Sequence record: SRR16203515_1144
DNA: 51,183 nucleotides
Reading direction: 5' to 3' (one strand)
Numbering within the stretch: position 1 is the first letter of the stretch; the number at the start of each line of letters is the position of its first letter. Below are positions 39,214-49,419 of the stretch, piece by piece. Below the pieces are notes generated by a model. It had not been told where the DNA came from. It saw only the letters and a program-made list of their open reading frames with translations, and did no database searches. Both the position numbers and the translations under genes were made by a program.

Positions 39214-41352
39214 TTATGCTTCGTCGTTTGACTTTTCTTCGACGATCTCTTCGCCAGTTTCTTGATCAACCATCTTCATGGCAAGGCGTACTTTGCCGCG
39301 ATCATCAAAGCCCAAAAGTTTGACTTTAACTTCTTGACCTTCTTTCAGAACATCAGATGGGTGGTTTAGGCGACGGTTTTCAATTTGGCTGACGTGGACC
39401 AGGCCATCGCGTTTCCCAAAGAAGTTCACGAATGCACCGAAATCAACAACCTTCACAACTTTACCAGTGTAGATTTGTCCAACTTCTGGTTCCGCAACGA
39501 TCGCATAGATCATGTCGTATGCTTTCTTGATGGACTCACCATCAGGAGACGCAATCTTGATCTGGCCATCATCGTTAATGTCAACTTTTGCACCAGAAAC
39601 TTCAACGATTTCGCGGATCACTTTACCACCTGAACCGATCACTTCACGGATCTTATCAGTTGGAACCTGCATTGTTTCAATGCGTGGCGCGTGGACCGAG
39701 AATTCGCTAGCTTCGGTCAATGCGTTCGACATTTCACCCAAGATGTGCATGCGTCCATCTTTGGCCTGTGCCAAAGCGTTTTTCATGATTTCAGGTGTGA
39801 TACCCGCAACTTTGATATCCATTTGCAGCGATGTGATACCGTTTTCTGTACCAGCGACTTTAAAGTCCATGTCGCCCAAGTGATCTTCATCACCCAAGAT
39901 GTCCGTTAGGATCGCGTAATCGCCGTCATCCTCAAGGATAAGGCCCATGGCAACACCTGCAACGGGTGCTTTTAGTGGAACACCGGCATCCATCATAGAC
40001 AATGAACCGCCACATACAGAGGCCATTGACGATGAACCGTTTGATTCAGTGATCTCAGAAACAACGCGGATTGTGTATGGGAAATCCGTTGCTGCAGGCA
40101 AAACAGCCTGAAGCGCACGCCAGGCCAGTTTACCATGACCAATTTCGCGACGACCTGGAGAGCCAACACGCCCAACTTCACCCACAGAATAAGGAGGGAA
40201 GTTATAGTGCAGCATAAAGTTTGATTTATACGTGCCATGCAACGCATCAATCATCTGTTCATCGTCACCAGTTCCCAGCGTGGTTACCGCCAATGCCTGT
40301 GTTTCACCGCGTGTGAACAATGCAGAGCCGTGTGTACGTGGCAACATGCCAGTTTCACTTACAATCGCGCGCACATCTGTGGTTGCACGACCATCAATCC
40401 GCTTGCCGCCTTTCACGACGTCCCCGCGCAGGATGCTTGCTTCTAGCTTTTTCATCGCTGAACCAAGGTTCGCATCTGCCAGTTGCTCTTCGTTTAGCGC
40501 GGCTTTGATTGCTTCACGTGCTGCGGCGACGGCTTCGACACGTTCTTGTTTGTCTGTATTGCCATAGGCTGCGCGCATCTGCTCTTCGCCCGCGGCTTTT
40601 ACTGCTGCGTATAGATCAGAGTAATCGACAGGTGCGAAATCAAATGGCTCTTTCGCGGCGACTTCGGCCAAATCAATGATCAAATCGATGACAGGCTGAA
40701 TTTGCTCGTGTGCGAACGTGACCGCACCCAGCATTTCATCTTCGCTCAGTTCATATGCCTCTGACTCAACCATCATCACGGCATCTTTGGTTCCTGCAAC
40801 AACCAGATCCAAACGCTGTTCTGGATTGTTGCGCAGGCCGTTCATGTCATCAACGGTTGGGTTCAAGACGTATTCACCATCAACAAAACCAACGCGCGCA
40901 CAACCGATTGGACCCATGAATGGGACACCAGAAATGGTCAACGCAGCAGAGGCCGCAATCATTGCGACGATGTCGGGTGAGTTCACCAAATCGTGACTTA
41001 GAACCGTGCACATCACCAAAACTTCGTTTTTGAAACCATCAACGAACAATGGGCGAATTGGGCGGTCGATCAAACGCGCAGTTAGTGTTTCTGCCTCTGA
41101 TGGGCGTGCTTCGCGCTTGAAAAAGCCGCCAGGGATTTTACCGGCGGCATAGTATTTCTCTTGATAATGAACTGTCAGAGGGAAAAAGTCCTGCCCCTCT
41201 TTCATTGATTTGGCGAATGTGACGTTTGCCATCACCGATGTTTCGCCCAATGTGGCAATCACGGTACCGTCCGCTTGACGTGCCACTTTGCCTGTTTCCA
41301 GCGTAAGCGTTTCTTCGCCCCACTGCATAGATTTTTTCGTTACTTCGAACAT
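39214..41352 (-). CDS. pnp: Polyribonucleotide nucleotidyltransferase
   Basis: Two RNase PH domains ([19 protein letters not shown]), KH and S1 domains. Confidence 0.99.
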   Translation of the reverse strand: MFEVTKKSMQWGEETLTLETGKVARQADGTVIATLGETSVMANVTFAKSMKEGQDFFPLTVHYQEKYYAAGKIPGGFFKREARPSEAETLTARLIDRPIRPLFVDGFKNEVLVMCTVLSHDLVNSPDIVAMIAASAALTISGVPFMGPIGCARVGFVDGEYVLNPTVDDMNGLRNNPEQRLDLVVAGTKDAVMMVESEAYELSEDEMLGAVTFAHEQIQPVIDLIIDLAEVAAKEPFDFAPVDYSDLYAAVKAAGEEQMRAAYGNTDKQERVEAVAAAREAIKAALNEEQLADANLGSAMKKLEASILRGDVVKGGKRIDGRATTDVRAIVSETGMLPRTHGSALFTRGETQALAVTTLGTGDDEQMIDALHGTYKSNFMLHYNFPPYSVGEVGRVGSPGRREIGHGKLAWRALQAVLPAATDFPYTIRVVSEITESNGSSSMASVCGGSLSMMDAGVPLKAPVAGVAMGLILEDDGDYAILTDILGDEDHLGDMDFKVAGTENGITSLQMDIKVAGITPEIMKNALAQAKDGRMHILGEMSNALTEASEFSVHAPRIETMQVPTDKIREVIGSGGKVIREIVEVSGAKVDINDDGQIKIASPDGESIKKAYDMIYAIVAEPEVGQIYTGKVVKVVDFGAFVNFFGKRDGLVHVSQIENRRLNHPSDVLKEGQEVKVKLLGFDDRGKVRLAMKMVDQETGEEIVEEKSNDEA

Positions 41353-41465
41353 CTTGTTTTCCTATATTGGCCCACTGGCCATTTGCGTAGAGGGCGGATT
41401 CCCCCTGACCCCTATATCTTATATTTCGGGCGCTGGAGTCCGGGCGCCTGATCTCAGATGTCGCG

Positions 41466-41494
41466 CGTATATAGGAGAAACCAAGATATGGAAA
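41466..41494 (-). promoter_or_regulatory. Putative pnp promoter
   Basis: TTTCCA-17 nt-TATACG followed by a GC-rich discriminator (CGCG). Confidence 0.55.
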
Positions 41495-41521
41495 GGATTA
41501 GATCGCAGTACACCTACAAAC

Positions 41522-41548
41522 AAAAAACCGCACCAAATGGCGCGGTTT
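41522..41548 (-). terminator. Intrinsic terminator after rpsO
   Basis: - strand AAACCGCGCC-ATTT-GGTGCGGTTT followed by a T run. Confidence 0.8.
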
Positions 41549-41573
41549 GATGTGTTCGTATGCGTGTCGCAAG

Positions 41574-41843
41574 TTAGCGACGAATGCCCAAACGCTTGAT
41601 CAGATCAGTGTAACGCTGTTCTTCTTTTGCTTTCAGGTAATCAAGAAGCTTACGACGCTGCGCAACCATTTTCAAAAGACCACGGCGACCGTGGTTGTCT
41701 TTTTTATGGAATTTGAAGTGCTCTGTCAGTGTTGTGATACGTGACGTTAGAATAGCAATTTGAACCTCTGGGGAACCTGTATCGCCTTCTTTCGTCGCGA
41801 ATTCTTTCATGACGCGTGCTTTTTCTTCAGCAGTAATCGACAT
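41574..41843 (-). CDS. rpsO: 30S ribosomal protein S15
   Basis: [23 protein letters not shown]. Confidence 0.99.
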   Translation of the reverse strand: MSITAEEKARVMKEFATKEGDTGSPEVQIAILTSRITTLTEHFKFHKKDNHGRRGLLKMVAQRRKLLDYLKAKEEQRYTDLIKRLGIRR

Positions 41844-41928
41844 CGGGGTCTCCTTTGTATTTAAGGGTTATGGCACAAGCCGGGATGTCGTCCAGCAAGG
41901 CCCTTGGAGCGATCTGTTTTCACAGATT
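41844..41928 (-). promoter_or_regulatory. Probable alphaproteobacterial S15 autoregulatory leader
   Basis: ATCTGT-GAAA-ACAGAT hairpin, then GCTGGACGACATCCCGGC hairpin (41896-41879) upstream of the AAGGAG RBS. S15 leaders are established in alphaproteobacteria. Confidence 0.65.
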
Positions 41929-41933
41929 AGGCG

Positions 41934-41962
41934 CGTATACTGAAAAATCTGAGATTTGGAAA
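41934..41962 (-). promoter_or_regulatory. Putative rpsO promoter
   Basis: TTTCCA-17 nt-TATACG followed by CGCC; same hexamers as the pnp promoter. Confidence 0.55.
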
Positions 41963-41969
41963 GAGGATT

Positions 41970-42806
41970 CTATGTATGCGGCTGCACCACGATACTGGAT
42001 ACATCAAATGGCGCAGTCGATTTGATATGAGCGGCCACCTGATCGCCCAGACGAATTTCATAAACATCTTCCGACACTGGGTGCACGGAAATATCGCGTA
42101 CGTCATTTTCGTGAAACTGAATGGCCATCGTGTCCACGGTGGGATCAAAATCCGTAATCTCGATCGGTTCATCCCCCACATCTGTATAAACAAACGTGTC
42201 GGCCCCATCGCCACCTGTCATAACATCGGCGCCATAGCTATGGATGCTGTCATCCCCTTCCTCGCCATTGAGGTAATCACGTTCCAAATCCGTGTCGATC
42301 AACACGTCATCCCCTGCGCGCCCCATTAGGGTGTCATGACCTGTACCACCTGATAGTATATCGTCGCCGTCATCCCCATGCAGCGCATCTGCACCATGAC
42401 CACCAAACAGGCCATCATTACCCTGACCACCAATCAACGTGTCTGATTCTGCGCCGCAATCCAAACTATCGTGACCTGATCCACCAGCCAAATGATCATT
42501 GCCGTTTTCGCCATGCAGCTCATCATTGCCATGACCACCAGTCATAATATCATCGCCATTGCCACCGATGACAGTGTCATTCCCATCGTAACCATGGATC
42601 TGATCATCACCGCCGCGACCATCAATCATGTCATCCAGAAATCTACCCCACAGTAGATCGGGACCATCTGTGGGTTGCGCGGGCTCTTCCAATTCGGGGG
42701 CATCAGGCTCGAACTCTTCCTCTTCTGAGACTGGCGGCTCGATATCGGGCAAAAATGCAATACCCCCCAATAACATAAATCCCAATAAACCTGATAACAT
42801 CACCAT
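41970..42806 (-). CDS. Hemolysin-type (RTX) calcium-binding repeat protein with N-terminal hydrophobic anchor
   Basis: About 13 tandem GGxGxDxLx nonapeptides, C-terminal [14 protein letters not shown]. Start uncertain (42815/42806/42800). Confidence 0.88.
   Translation of the reverse strand: MVMLSGLLGFMLLGGIAFLPDIEPPVSEEEEFEPDAPELEEPAQPTDGPDLLWGRFLDDMIDGRGGDDQIHGYDGNDTVIGGNGDDIMTGGHGNDELHGENGNDHLAGGSGHDSLDCGAESDTLIGGQGNDGLFGGHGADALHGDDGDDILSGGTGHDTLMGRAGDDVLIDTDLERDYLNGEEGDDSIHSYGADVMTGGDGADTFVYTDVGDEPIEITDFDPTVDTMAIQFHENDVRDISVHPVSEDVYEIRLGDQVAAHIKSTAPFDVSSIVVQPHT
42297..42647 (-). repeat. Tandem 27-nt RTX nonapeptide coding repeats
   Basis: 13 degenerate units from GRFLDDMID through GRAGDDVLI. 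Confidence 0.85.
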
Positions 42807-42877
42807 GAAACACACCCTTTCCCAAGCCTAGTCTTGGTCGCAGGGCCGCAAAAATCAACCCATGTTTGAAGGGTTGG

Positions 42878-43129
42878 TTAACGTTTCATTTCAATCTGTT
42901 CGATCAATTGTATCGCCCAATCGCCTAGGATTGGAATGAATTCGATCTGCGCAAGGATTTGAACAGTGGCGTAAACCAAAATAGTTGCCCCCAACACAGA
43001 CCCTAATCCAAATGCCAAACCCCGCAGAAAATTAAACCACAACATCGCAATCACAGATCGCTGCATGCGCAATGCAGGGTGGTTCAGCAATTGCTCCATC
43101 TGTTCATTCAGGCGTTGATCATCAGCCAT
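42878..43129 (-). CDS. Small membrane protein, DUF5665-like
   Basis: FNFLRGLAFGLGSVLGAT..IEFIPILGDW motif; overlaps the DUF1643 stop. Confidence 0.8.
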   Translation of the reverse strand: MADDQRLNEQMEQLLNHPALRMQRSVIAMLWFNFLRGLAFGLGSVLGATILVYATVQILAQIEFIPILGDWAIQLIEQIEMKR

Positions 43130-43640
43130 TTAGATCACTCCATAAAACGGGTTGCTGCGCATAACTTATGTACAGCGGATGTTTTGGATGCCCCGCCTTA
43201 GAGAGGCCCAGATGAAAGAAGGGGATGTCCATATTTTGCAAAAGTGATTTGATAGCTGCGCCACGATTTAGGTGTTCGCCATGCGTCCCCCATGCCGCAA
43301 CAGTAACATCCGCCCAATCGCAGGCATCCAAAATTGCGGCATCATTTGCAGGGCCAATAGGATCGCGGGCCGCACGCATTTTTTTGGGATCTGTGTCGCG
43401 CCATGCAAAGATATTCGTTACACGAAAGGCGCCATAGCCCAGCGCGCGCGCGCGTCGTTCGCACCGTTCGACAGTTGGGTCATTTTGAACCTCGGTCGCG
43501 GTTGAAGGGTTCAGCATCACAAAATGCACCTTGCCACCCGTTTCATCCCAAACGCGCGTCAGGCTGTAACGATAGCGTTCGCAGTCAGAATAAATTGCCA
43601 CTGACGCCGCATCGTCCTTTTGATGGGTCCGTTTTAACAT
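43122..43640 (-). CDS. DUF1643 family protein
   Basis: YRYSLTRVW, MLNPSTA, DPT, AAWG, HPKHPLY motifs. Confidence 0.9.
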   Translation of the reverse strand: MLKRTHQKDDAASVAIYSDCERYRYSLTRVWDETGGKVHFVMLNPSTATEVQNDPTVERCERRARALGYGAFRVTNIFAWRDTDPKKMRAARDPIGPANDAAILDACDWADVTVAAWGTHGEHLNRGAAIKSLLQNMDIPFFHLGLSKAGHPKHPLYISYAQQPVLWSDLNG

Positions 43641-43840
43641 GCTGCGACCTTGGCGGTTTACGGCGTAGATTGCAAACAGGTAAGGCTTTCCACCACTGCA
43701 TTCTGGTGTCGACTGTGATAAACTGGTTATGTTGTCGGTGCTTCAGTTTTTGTTTGAGTTTCGTGTAAACTGCCTAGGTGTCGCAAAAGGGTCTGAAATA
43801 TTTCCAATCTGGCGCTGCCGTAATCTCCCCAAATCGATAC

Positions 43841-44761
43841 CTAGGCCCCTTTTTCAGGGCGCACAAAGACGCGAGAGGGGTGTAATTCACCGGCTTTAAA
43901 CACACCAACAGCGATGGGTTCGCCGTCACAACTGGCCCAACATTCATCGCCATATTCCAAATTATGACCAATCACCATTGCGGGATTTCCGTTGCGCAAA
44001 CGCGCTGCAGCCTCGGGCGCACAACTGGCAATGGGCAAATCAGACAGACCTAATTCAAGCGGCAATAGGTGCGCATCAATCTCTTCGCTACGCGCCAGAT
44101 TTTCAATGGTTTCCAACGATACAGCCTGATCCACATCAAACGGTCCCGACCATGTGCGTCGCAGCCACTGAACATGACCATAACACCCCAATTTCGAACC
44201 CAGATCGCGGGCTATCGAACGTACATATCCGCCCTTGCCACAGACCATTTCCAAAATCACATGATCTGCATCGGGCTGTTCATTCAGGATCAGACTGTCC
44301 ACATAAAGCGGACGCGCAGAGAGCGTGACATCCTCGCCCTCGCGGGCCAATGCATAGGCCCGTTGGCCATCAATTTTAATCGCTGAAAACTTTGGTGGGA
44401 CTTGATCAATGTCCCCAACAAAGGCATGCAATACCTCTTTGATTTCATCGCCAGAGGGGCGCACATCAGAACGTGAAATAACCTCACCTTCTGCATCATC
44501 CGTATTGGTCGCCTCTCCAAATTTCACCATAAATTCATAGGCTTTGAGTGCATCTGTGATAAATGGCACGGTTTTGGTTGCTTCGCCCAACGCAACCGCC
44601 AACACACCCGTTGCAGCTGGGTCTAATGTCCCTGCATGCCCCGCCTTTTGCGCCTGAAAGGCCCATTTGACTTTGTTCACAACAGCTGTCGATGTCCAAC
44701 CAGCGGGCTTATCAATAATGACCCATCCAGAAATCGCGCGGCCTTTGCGTTTACGTGCCAT
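43841..44761 (-). CDS. truB: tRNA pseudouridine(55) synthase
   Basis: [14 protein letters not shown] (catalytic Asp), [25 protein letters not shown] before MARKRKG at 44761. Confidence 0.97.
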   Translation of the reverse strand: MARKRKGRAISGWVIIDKPAGWTSTAVVNKVKWAFQAQKAGHAGTLDPAATGVLAVALGEATKTVPFITDALKAYEFMVKFGEATNTDDAEGEVISRSDVRPSGDEIKEVLHAFVGDIDQVPPKFSAIKIDGQRAYALAREGEDVTLSARPLYVDSLILNEQPDADHVILEMVCGKGGYVRSIARDLGSKLGCYGHVQWLRRTWSGPFDVDQAVSLETIENLARSEEIDAHLLPLELGLSDLPIASCAPEAAARLRNGNPAMVIGHNLEYGDECWASCDGEPIAVGVFKAGELHPSRVFVRPEKGA

Positions 44762-44814
44762 ACTACATCCTGCATTTGCTAAGGCCCCGCCCCTACCCAA
44801 TGCACAGGTTTCGG

Positions 44815-45727
44815 TCAATCCCTAAGACGTTGAAACAGCCGTCCATCAATAATGGCCAACCCCATTCCGATCAGGGTCATCCCCATGATTTCTTTGATAA
44901 ATATACGTTCCCCTAAAACCAGTACACCCAAAATAATTGCCGAAATTGGCACCAAAAAAGTGACCAATGAAATATTGGTTGCACCTGCGCGTTCAAGAAT
45001 GCGAAAATAAAGGATATAGGCAAATGAAGTGCACAGCACCGCCAATCCAAACATCGAAGCCGCTGCGTTAAATGAAAGTCCCATGATATCTTGGGGACCA
45101 TCAATCCACAGCGCAATGGGCCATAAAACAAGGGACGACATCGTGACTTGGCCCGTTGCGACCATTACGGGATCCACCCTTAATTCGCGAAAACGGCGGC
45201 CGAAAACGCTTGCAAATCCATAGGATAACGCGGCCCCCAATGCGCAAAGTTGCGCCCAAAAATCGTCCCCTAAACCGCTCAGGGCCTCTGGCCCAACCAT
45301 CAGAATTACACCCGAAAAACCCACGACAACTCCCAACACGCGCAGGACGCTAAATCGTTCATCTGTCAGGAAAAAACCAGCGACAAGGATCGTGAACAAT
45401 GGGGTCGTCGCATTTAAAATCGACGCTAAACCAGATGTGATTTGCGTTTGTCCTTGAACGATCAAGCTAAAGGGGATCGCGTTGTTCAAAACCCCCAAGA
45501 TCAACAATGCCCCCCCAAACTTGGGGCGAGGTTGGAATTTTACGGCCTGTAACGCGAACAAACCCCCACAACGCCAGTGCCGCTACCGTCACACGAATGG
45601 CCACAATTGTTATGACGGGAAGTTCTGCAACCAAGATCGCGTTGAATAAAAATGACCCGCCCCAAACGGTGGCAAGTGTGATCAACATCACCCAATCAAA
45701 GGCGTCCATTTTCATCAATTTTGCCAA
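44815..45727 (-). pseudogene. DMT/EamA transporter split by a +1 frameshift in a G7 run
   Basis: The 5' frame (LATVWGGSF...PTSPQVWG) and the 3' frame (ALLILGVLNNAIPFSL...LGERIF) join if the C7 run at 45510-45516 (+ strand) is C6. Confidence 0.85.
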
Positions 45728-45772
45728 TCTGTTTTACATCGGTATCACGTCGGTATTACGTCGGTGCATTTC

Positions 45773-46250
45773 TTAATTCCAGAAAGATTTAACCAAGCAA
45801 GTGCGATTTGCGTCGCTTCCCATCCCATTCCCATAATAACGCACCAATGACGCATGCGGTTTATGCTTATTGCAATGTCTCGATGCCCACCTGTTTGATG
45901 GCATAGCTGAAGGCCCACGAACACCCCAAGCACTGTGGATAAAGCGCAGGCATTCTATAACGATCAAGGTAATGATCGATGGCATGGGCCGAAAGTCTGC
46001 GCAGTAAACCATTCTGCCATCGCCTCTGGGCTGCCAACAATTTTTGCCATAGCAAAAAGACACTGCCCACACTCCTCATTTGATTGAATGCTACTCCAAT
46101 CAAATTTTTTGGCATCTGGTTTATCCATTTTGATGCAGGATAACGATGAAATATCTGTCTCAAAATTAATGTCAGACGTGAAAGAAAATACTTGCAAAGC
46201 GCATCCGATCACTAAGACAATCCATAAAAACAGCGCGGGTACATTAATAG
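45773..46250 (-). pseudogene. Probable decayed small exported/membrane protein gene of unknown family
   Basis: Hydrophobic N-terminus (PALFLWIVLVIGCALQV) with no clean start, then a protein-like stretch (EECGQCLFAMAKIVGSPEAMAEWF). Coding appears to continue in another frame to ~45773. AT-rich. Confidence 0.35.
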
Positions 46251-46335
46251 GTACTTAATTTCAATATCGTTCGATAGAATGCTGTTAGCATACCCAAAAT
46301 CTTCTGGGCGGTCAAAAATATCCTTAAGTGAAATT

Positions 46336-46411
<76 letters not shown>

Positions 46412-46484
46412 AAATTCATATGCAGTTGGTATGCAATCGCGGCGGTATGATCAAGAGGAAAATACCGCCGCGTGTCTGTGTGTT

Positions 46485-46808
46485 TTAGCTTTCGTCTTCT
46501 TCCGAAGACATGTCGGCAATATCGTCCAAAGATACGTTATCATCATCTTCATCATCCAGAAGATCATCATCCATATCGACATCAACGTTATCTTCCTCTA
46601 GCACCACGTCATCTTCGGACACTTCTGTCTGCTTGGCTTTGCGTGTTGCTGCATCTTCTTGATCTGCGCCGATCAAACGTGTTTTCCCTGTATCCAGTTC
46701 AACAACCTCATCTGTATATGGGCTTACGATTGGATCTGCATTCAGGTCATAAAAACGCTTACCTGTGGTGGGGCATACGCGTTTTGTACCCCATTCTTCT
46801 TTGGGCAT
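46485..46808 (-). CDS. TIGR02300 / FYDLN-acid family protein
   Basis: MPKEEWGTKRVCPTTGKRFYDLN followed by an acidic tail. Confidence 0.93.
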   Translation of the reverse strand: MPKEEWGTKRVCPTTGKRFYDLNADPIVSPYTDEVVELDTGKTRLIGADQEDAATRKAKQTEVSEDDVVLEEDNVDVDMDDDLLDDEDDDNVSLDDIADMSSEEDES

Positions 46809-46937
46809 AATGATCCCTTTCAAAAACTTTAGCCTTGTCGACGGTCTGCGCCAACTGCCATAAGAGTCGCGGTATGTCAAAGGCTTTGACCAAGAAATTT
46901 AGTATCGGTTTGCAATAAACGCACTTAGGTTGGAAAA

Positions 46938-47624
46938 ATGCAGATATTTCTTAGCGATCATCCCGCGATTGGTGCAACTTTGCGGCGATCACGCCAGGCA
47001 AAACGGCTGTCGCTTAGAATCTCTTCGCTGGACGGTCGGATTACGATAACAGGGCCCCATTTTGTACCCGAGAGCACATTTCAGGATTTCCTAGATAGCA
47101 AAGCTAATTGGATCCTTGCCAATCACAAACACATTGAACGCATCATGATTGATGATGGCGCATCTGTGCCCGTGCTGGGTAAACCGCAGTTGATAAGAAC
47201 CACCAAGATGCGCAAAATATCTGTGGTGGATGATCAGATCTTGGTGCCCCAACCCAGGTCCAACATTGGGGCGCAAGTAAAAGGATTTCTCAAATCATTG
47301 GCGCGCGATCACCTTGCACAGGCCTCTGATCATTATGCCCAGCGCATTGGGCATTCGTATCAAGGTTTACGTTTGCGCGATACGCGTTCGCGCTGGGGGT
47401 CGTGCTCATCCGATGGACATTTAATGTATTCGTGGCGCTTGGTCATGGCGCCGCGCGATGTTCTGAACTATGTCGCCGCGCATGAGGTGGCGCATTTGGT
47501 TGAAATGAACCACTCGAAATCATTTTGGGCAGTGGTTCAAGATATTTATGGCGATTACGGACCACCTAGGGATTGGTTGCGCACATCGGGCAATCAATTG
47601 CATCGATATGATTTCAATTCTTGA
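46938..47624 (+). CDS. M48/YgjP (DUF45) family metal-dependent hydrolase
   Basis: SRWGSCS, YVAAHEVAHLVEMNHS (HExxH). Confidence 0.9.
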   Translation: MQIFLSDHPAIGATLRRSRQAKRLSLRISSLDGRITITGPHFVPESTFQDFLDSKANWILANHKHIERIMIDDGASVPVLGKPQLIRTTKMRKISVVDDQILVPQPRSNIGAQVKGFLKSLARDHLAQASDHYAQRIGHSYQGLRLRDTRSRWGSCSSDGHLMYSWRLVMAPRDVLNYVAAHEVAHLVEMNHSKSFWAVVQDIYGDYGPPRDWLRTSGNQLHRYDFNS

Positions 47625-47632
47625 CTTTACGC

Positions 47633-47648
47633 ATTTGTGATCACAAAT
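47633..47648. promoter_or_regulatory. Perfect 16-bp palindrome, probable autoregulatory operator of the GntR gene
   Basis: ATTTGTGATCACAAAT lies between a TTGACT -35-like hexamer and the ATG at 47656. Confidence 0.7.
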
Positions 47649-47655
47649 AGGTGAT

Positions 47656-48303
47656 ATGAAACAAAATGCATTGCCTGATCAAAATATTGTGGCCCATGAT
47701 AGGGTCTATCGCGGGCTACGAACACGGATCATGCATGGTGAAGTTCTACCTGGTCAGGCGCTGACCCTCCGCGGGATAGGGACGGAATTTGGTGTATCCA
47801 TGACACCTGCCCGCGAATCCGTTCGCCGTTTGGTTGCCGAAGGGGCGCTGTCCATGTCGAATTCCGGGCGTGTGTTCACACCCGAACTGACAAGCGAGCG
47901 GATTGAAGAGCTATCTGCGCTGCGTTCCTTGATAGAGGTTGAGCTGGCCTCTCGTGCCCTGCCCCGTGCGCATTTGGCCCTGATTGACCGCCTCCAACGG
48001 ATCAATGCAATGATTTCAGCGGCAATCGATGATCACGATGCGGTGGCCTATATCCGCAGCAACCTAGATTTTCACAGAACCCTTTATTTACGGGCTCAGG
48101 CACCAGCAATGTTAGCAATGGCTGAGACCGTTTGGTTACAACTTGGGCCAACAATGCGCAGCCTTTACGGCAAGCTTAATAAAAAGGAACCACCCCATTT
48201 TCATCGGGTGATCCTTGCCGCGCTAAAGGCGGGCGATGAACCCAGCCTACGCCTTGCTGTGCGCAGCGACGTGACGCAAAGTTTGAAAATGTTGGGTGCC
48301 TAA
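47656..48303 (+). CDS. GntR/FadR (FCD domain) transcriptional regulator
   Basis: wHTH FGVSMTPARE; FCD NLDFH. Confidence 0.9.
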   Translation: MKQNALPDQNIVAHDRVYRGLRTRIMHGEVLPGQALTLRGIGTEFGVSMTPARESVRRLVAEGALSMSNSGRVFTPELTSERIEELSALRSLIEVELASRALPRAHLALIDRLQRINAMISAAIDDHDAVAYIRSNLDFHRTLYLRAQAPAMLAMAETVWLQLGPTMRSLYGKLNKKEPPHFHRVILAALKAGDEPSLRLAVRSDVTQSLKMLGA

Positions 48304-48307
48304 ATTC

Positions 48308-49270
48308 TTAGGCAGCTAATCCTTTTGATCCCATATCAAGGAACTTTTTACGGCGGTCTTGGATCAGCGCTTTGGGTTTTGCATTTGCCATATCGGCTAA
48401 CATACCGCTAATCGCATTCTTAACCGCTTCGATCGTGGCTACGCGGTCACGATGAGCGCCGCCAACAGGTTCCGCGATAACGTGATCACATACGCCCAAT
48501 TTGTTCAAATCTTGTGCTGTGAGGCGTATGGCTTCTGCGGCTTCACGCATTTTTTCTGCGTCCTTCCACAAAATTGAGGCGCAGCCTTCCGGTGAAATTA
48601 CAGAATACACAGAATGCTCTAACATAGCGACGCGATTAGCGGTCGCAAAGGCGACGGCGCCACCTGATCCACCTTCACCAATAATCACAGATACCAAGGG
48701 TACACCCAACTGCAGGCATTTTTCTGTGCAACGTGCGATGGCCTCTGATTGGCCACGCTCTTCTGCGCCTTTGCCGGGGTAGGCACCTGGTGTGTCCACC
48801 AATGTCACCACGGGCAGACCAAATTTATCGGCCATTTCCATCAAACGGATCGCTTTGCGATACCCTTCAGGTCGTGCCATACCAAAATTTCGTTCGATGC
48901 GCGATTTCGTGTCGTTGCCCTTTTCGTGGCCAATCACAATTACAGGTGTGTCGTTGAAACGCGCCAACCCGCCTAATACCGCATGATCATCGGCAAAGTT
49001 GCGGTCGCCCGCAAGGGGTGTGAACTCTGTGAACAAGGCATCGATATAATCCTGACAATGCGGACGTTCAGGGTGCCGCGCAATCTGACATTTTCGCCAC
49101 GGCGAGAGGGTTTGATAAAGCTCATTCAAAAGCTGTTCGGCCTTACGGTCAAGCGCTTTGGCCTCATCCTCAATATCCATATCTTCGTTTTGACGTGCCA
49201 TTGCGCGTAATTCCTCGGCTTTGCCTTCGATTTCAGCCAATGGTTTTTCAAAATCTAGATAGTGGGTCAT
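48308..49270 (-). CDS. accA: Acetyl-CoA carboxylase carboxyltransferase alpha subunit
   Basis: [40 protein letters not shown]. Confidence 0.98.
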   Translation of the reverse strand: MTHYLDFEKPLAEIEGKAEELRAMARQNEDMDIEDEAKALDRKAEQLLNELYQTLSPWRKCQIARHPERPHCQDYIDALFTEFTPLAGDRNFADDHAVLGGLARFNDTPVIVIGHEKGNDTKSRIERNFGMARPEGYRKAIRLMEMADKFGLPVVTLVDTPGAYPGKGAEERGQSEAIARCTEKCLQLGVPLVSVIIGEGGSGGAVAFATANRVAMLEHSVYSVISPEGCASILWKDAEKMREAAEAIRLTAQDLNKLGVCDHVIAEPVGGAHRDRVATIEAVKNAISGMLADMANAKPKALIQDRRKKFLDMGSKGLAA

Positions 49271-49373
49271 GATCTGCCTTTATCTTGGTTCGACAAGCTA
49301 TATGGTATCCATGCATATTTATTGCAAGCATTCAATTCAAGCGAGCCATAGTTGATGCATTTCCGAGCAAAGC

Positions 49374-49405
49374 AAAAATGCGCGAAGCAATCGGCCACGC
49401 GCATT
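49374..49405 (-). terminator. Probable terminator after mcl
   Basis: AATGCGCG/CGCGCATT stem followed by a T run on the - strand. Confidence 0.6.
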
Positions 49406-49419
49406 CAGGGGGCAAACAA

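Noticed and set aside
42297-42647. 27-nt periodic repeats as a CRISPR array
   Set aside because: Degenerate in-frame RTX coding repeats with no spacers and no cas genes.
43641-43840. 200-nt gap between DUF1643 and truB as a gene remnant
   Set aside because: No frame gives a recognisable peptide; it may just hold a promoter.
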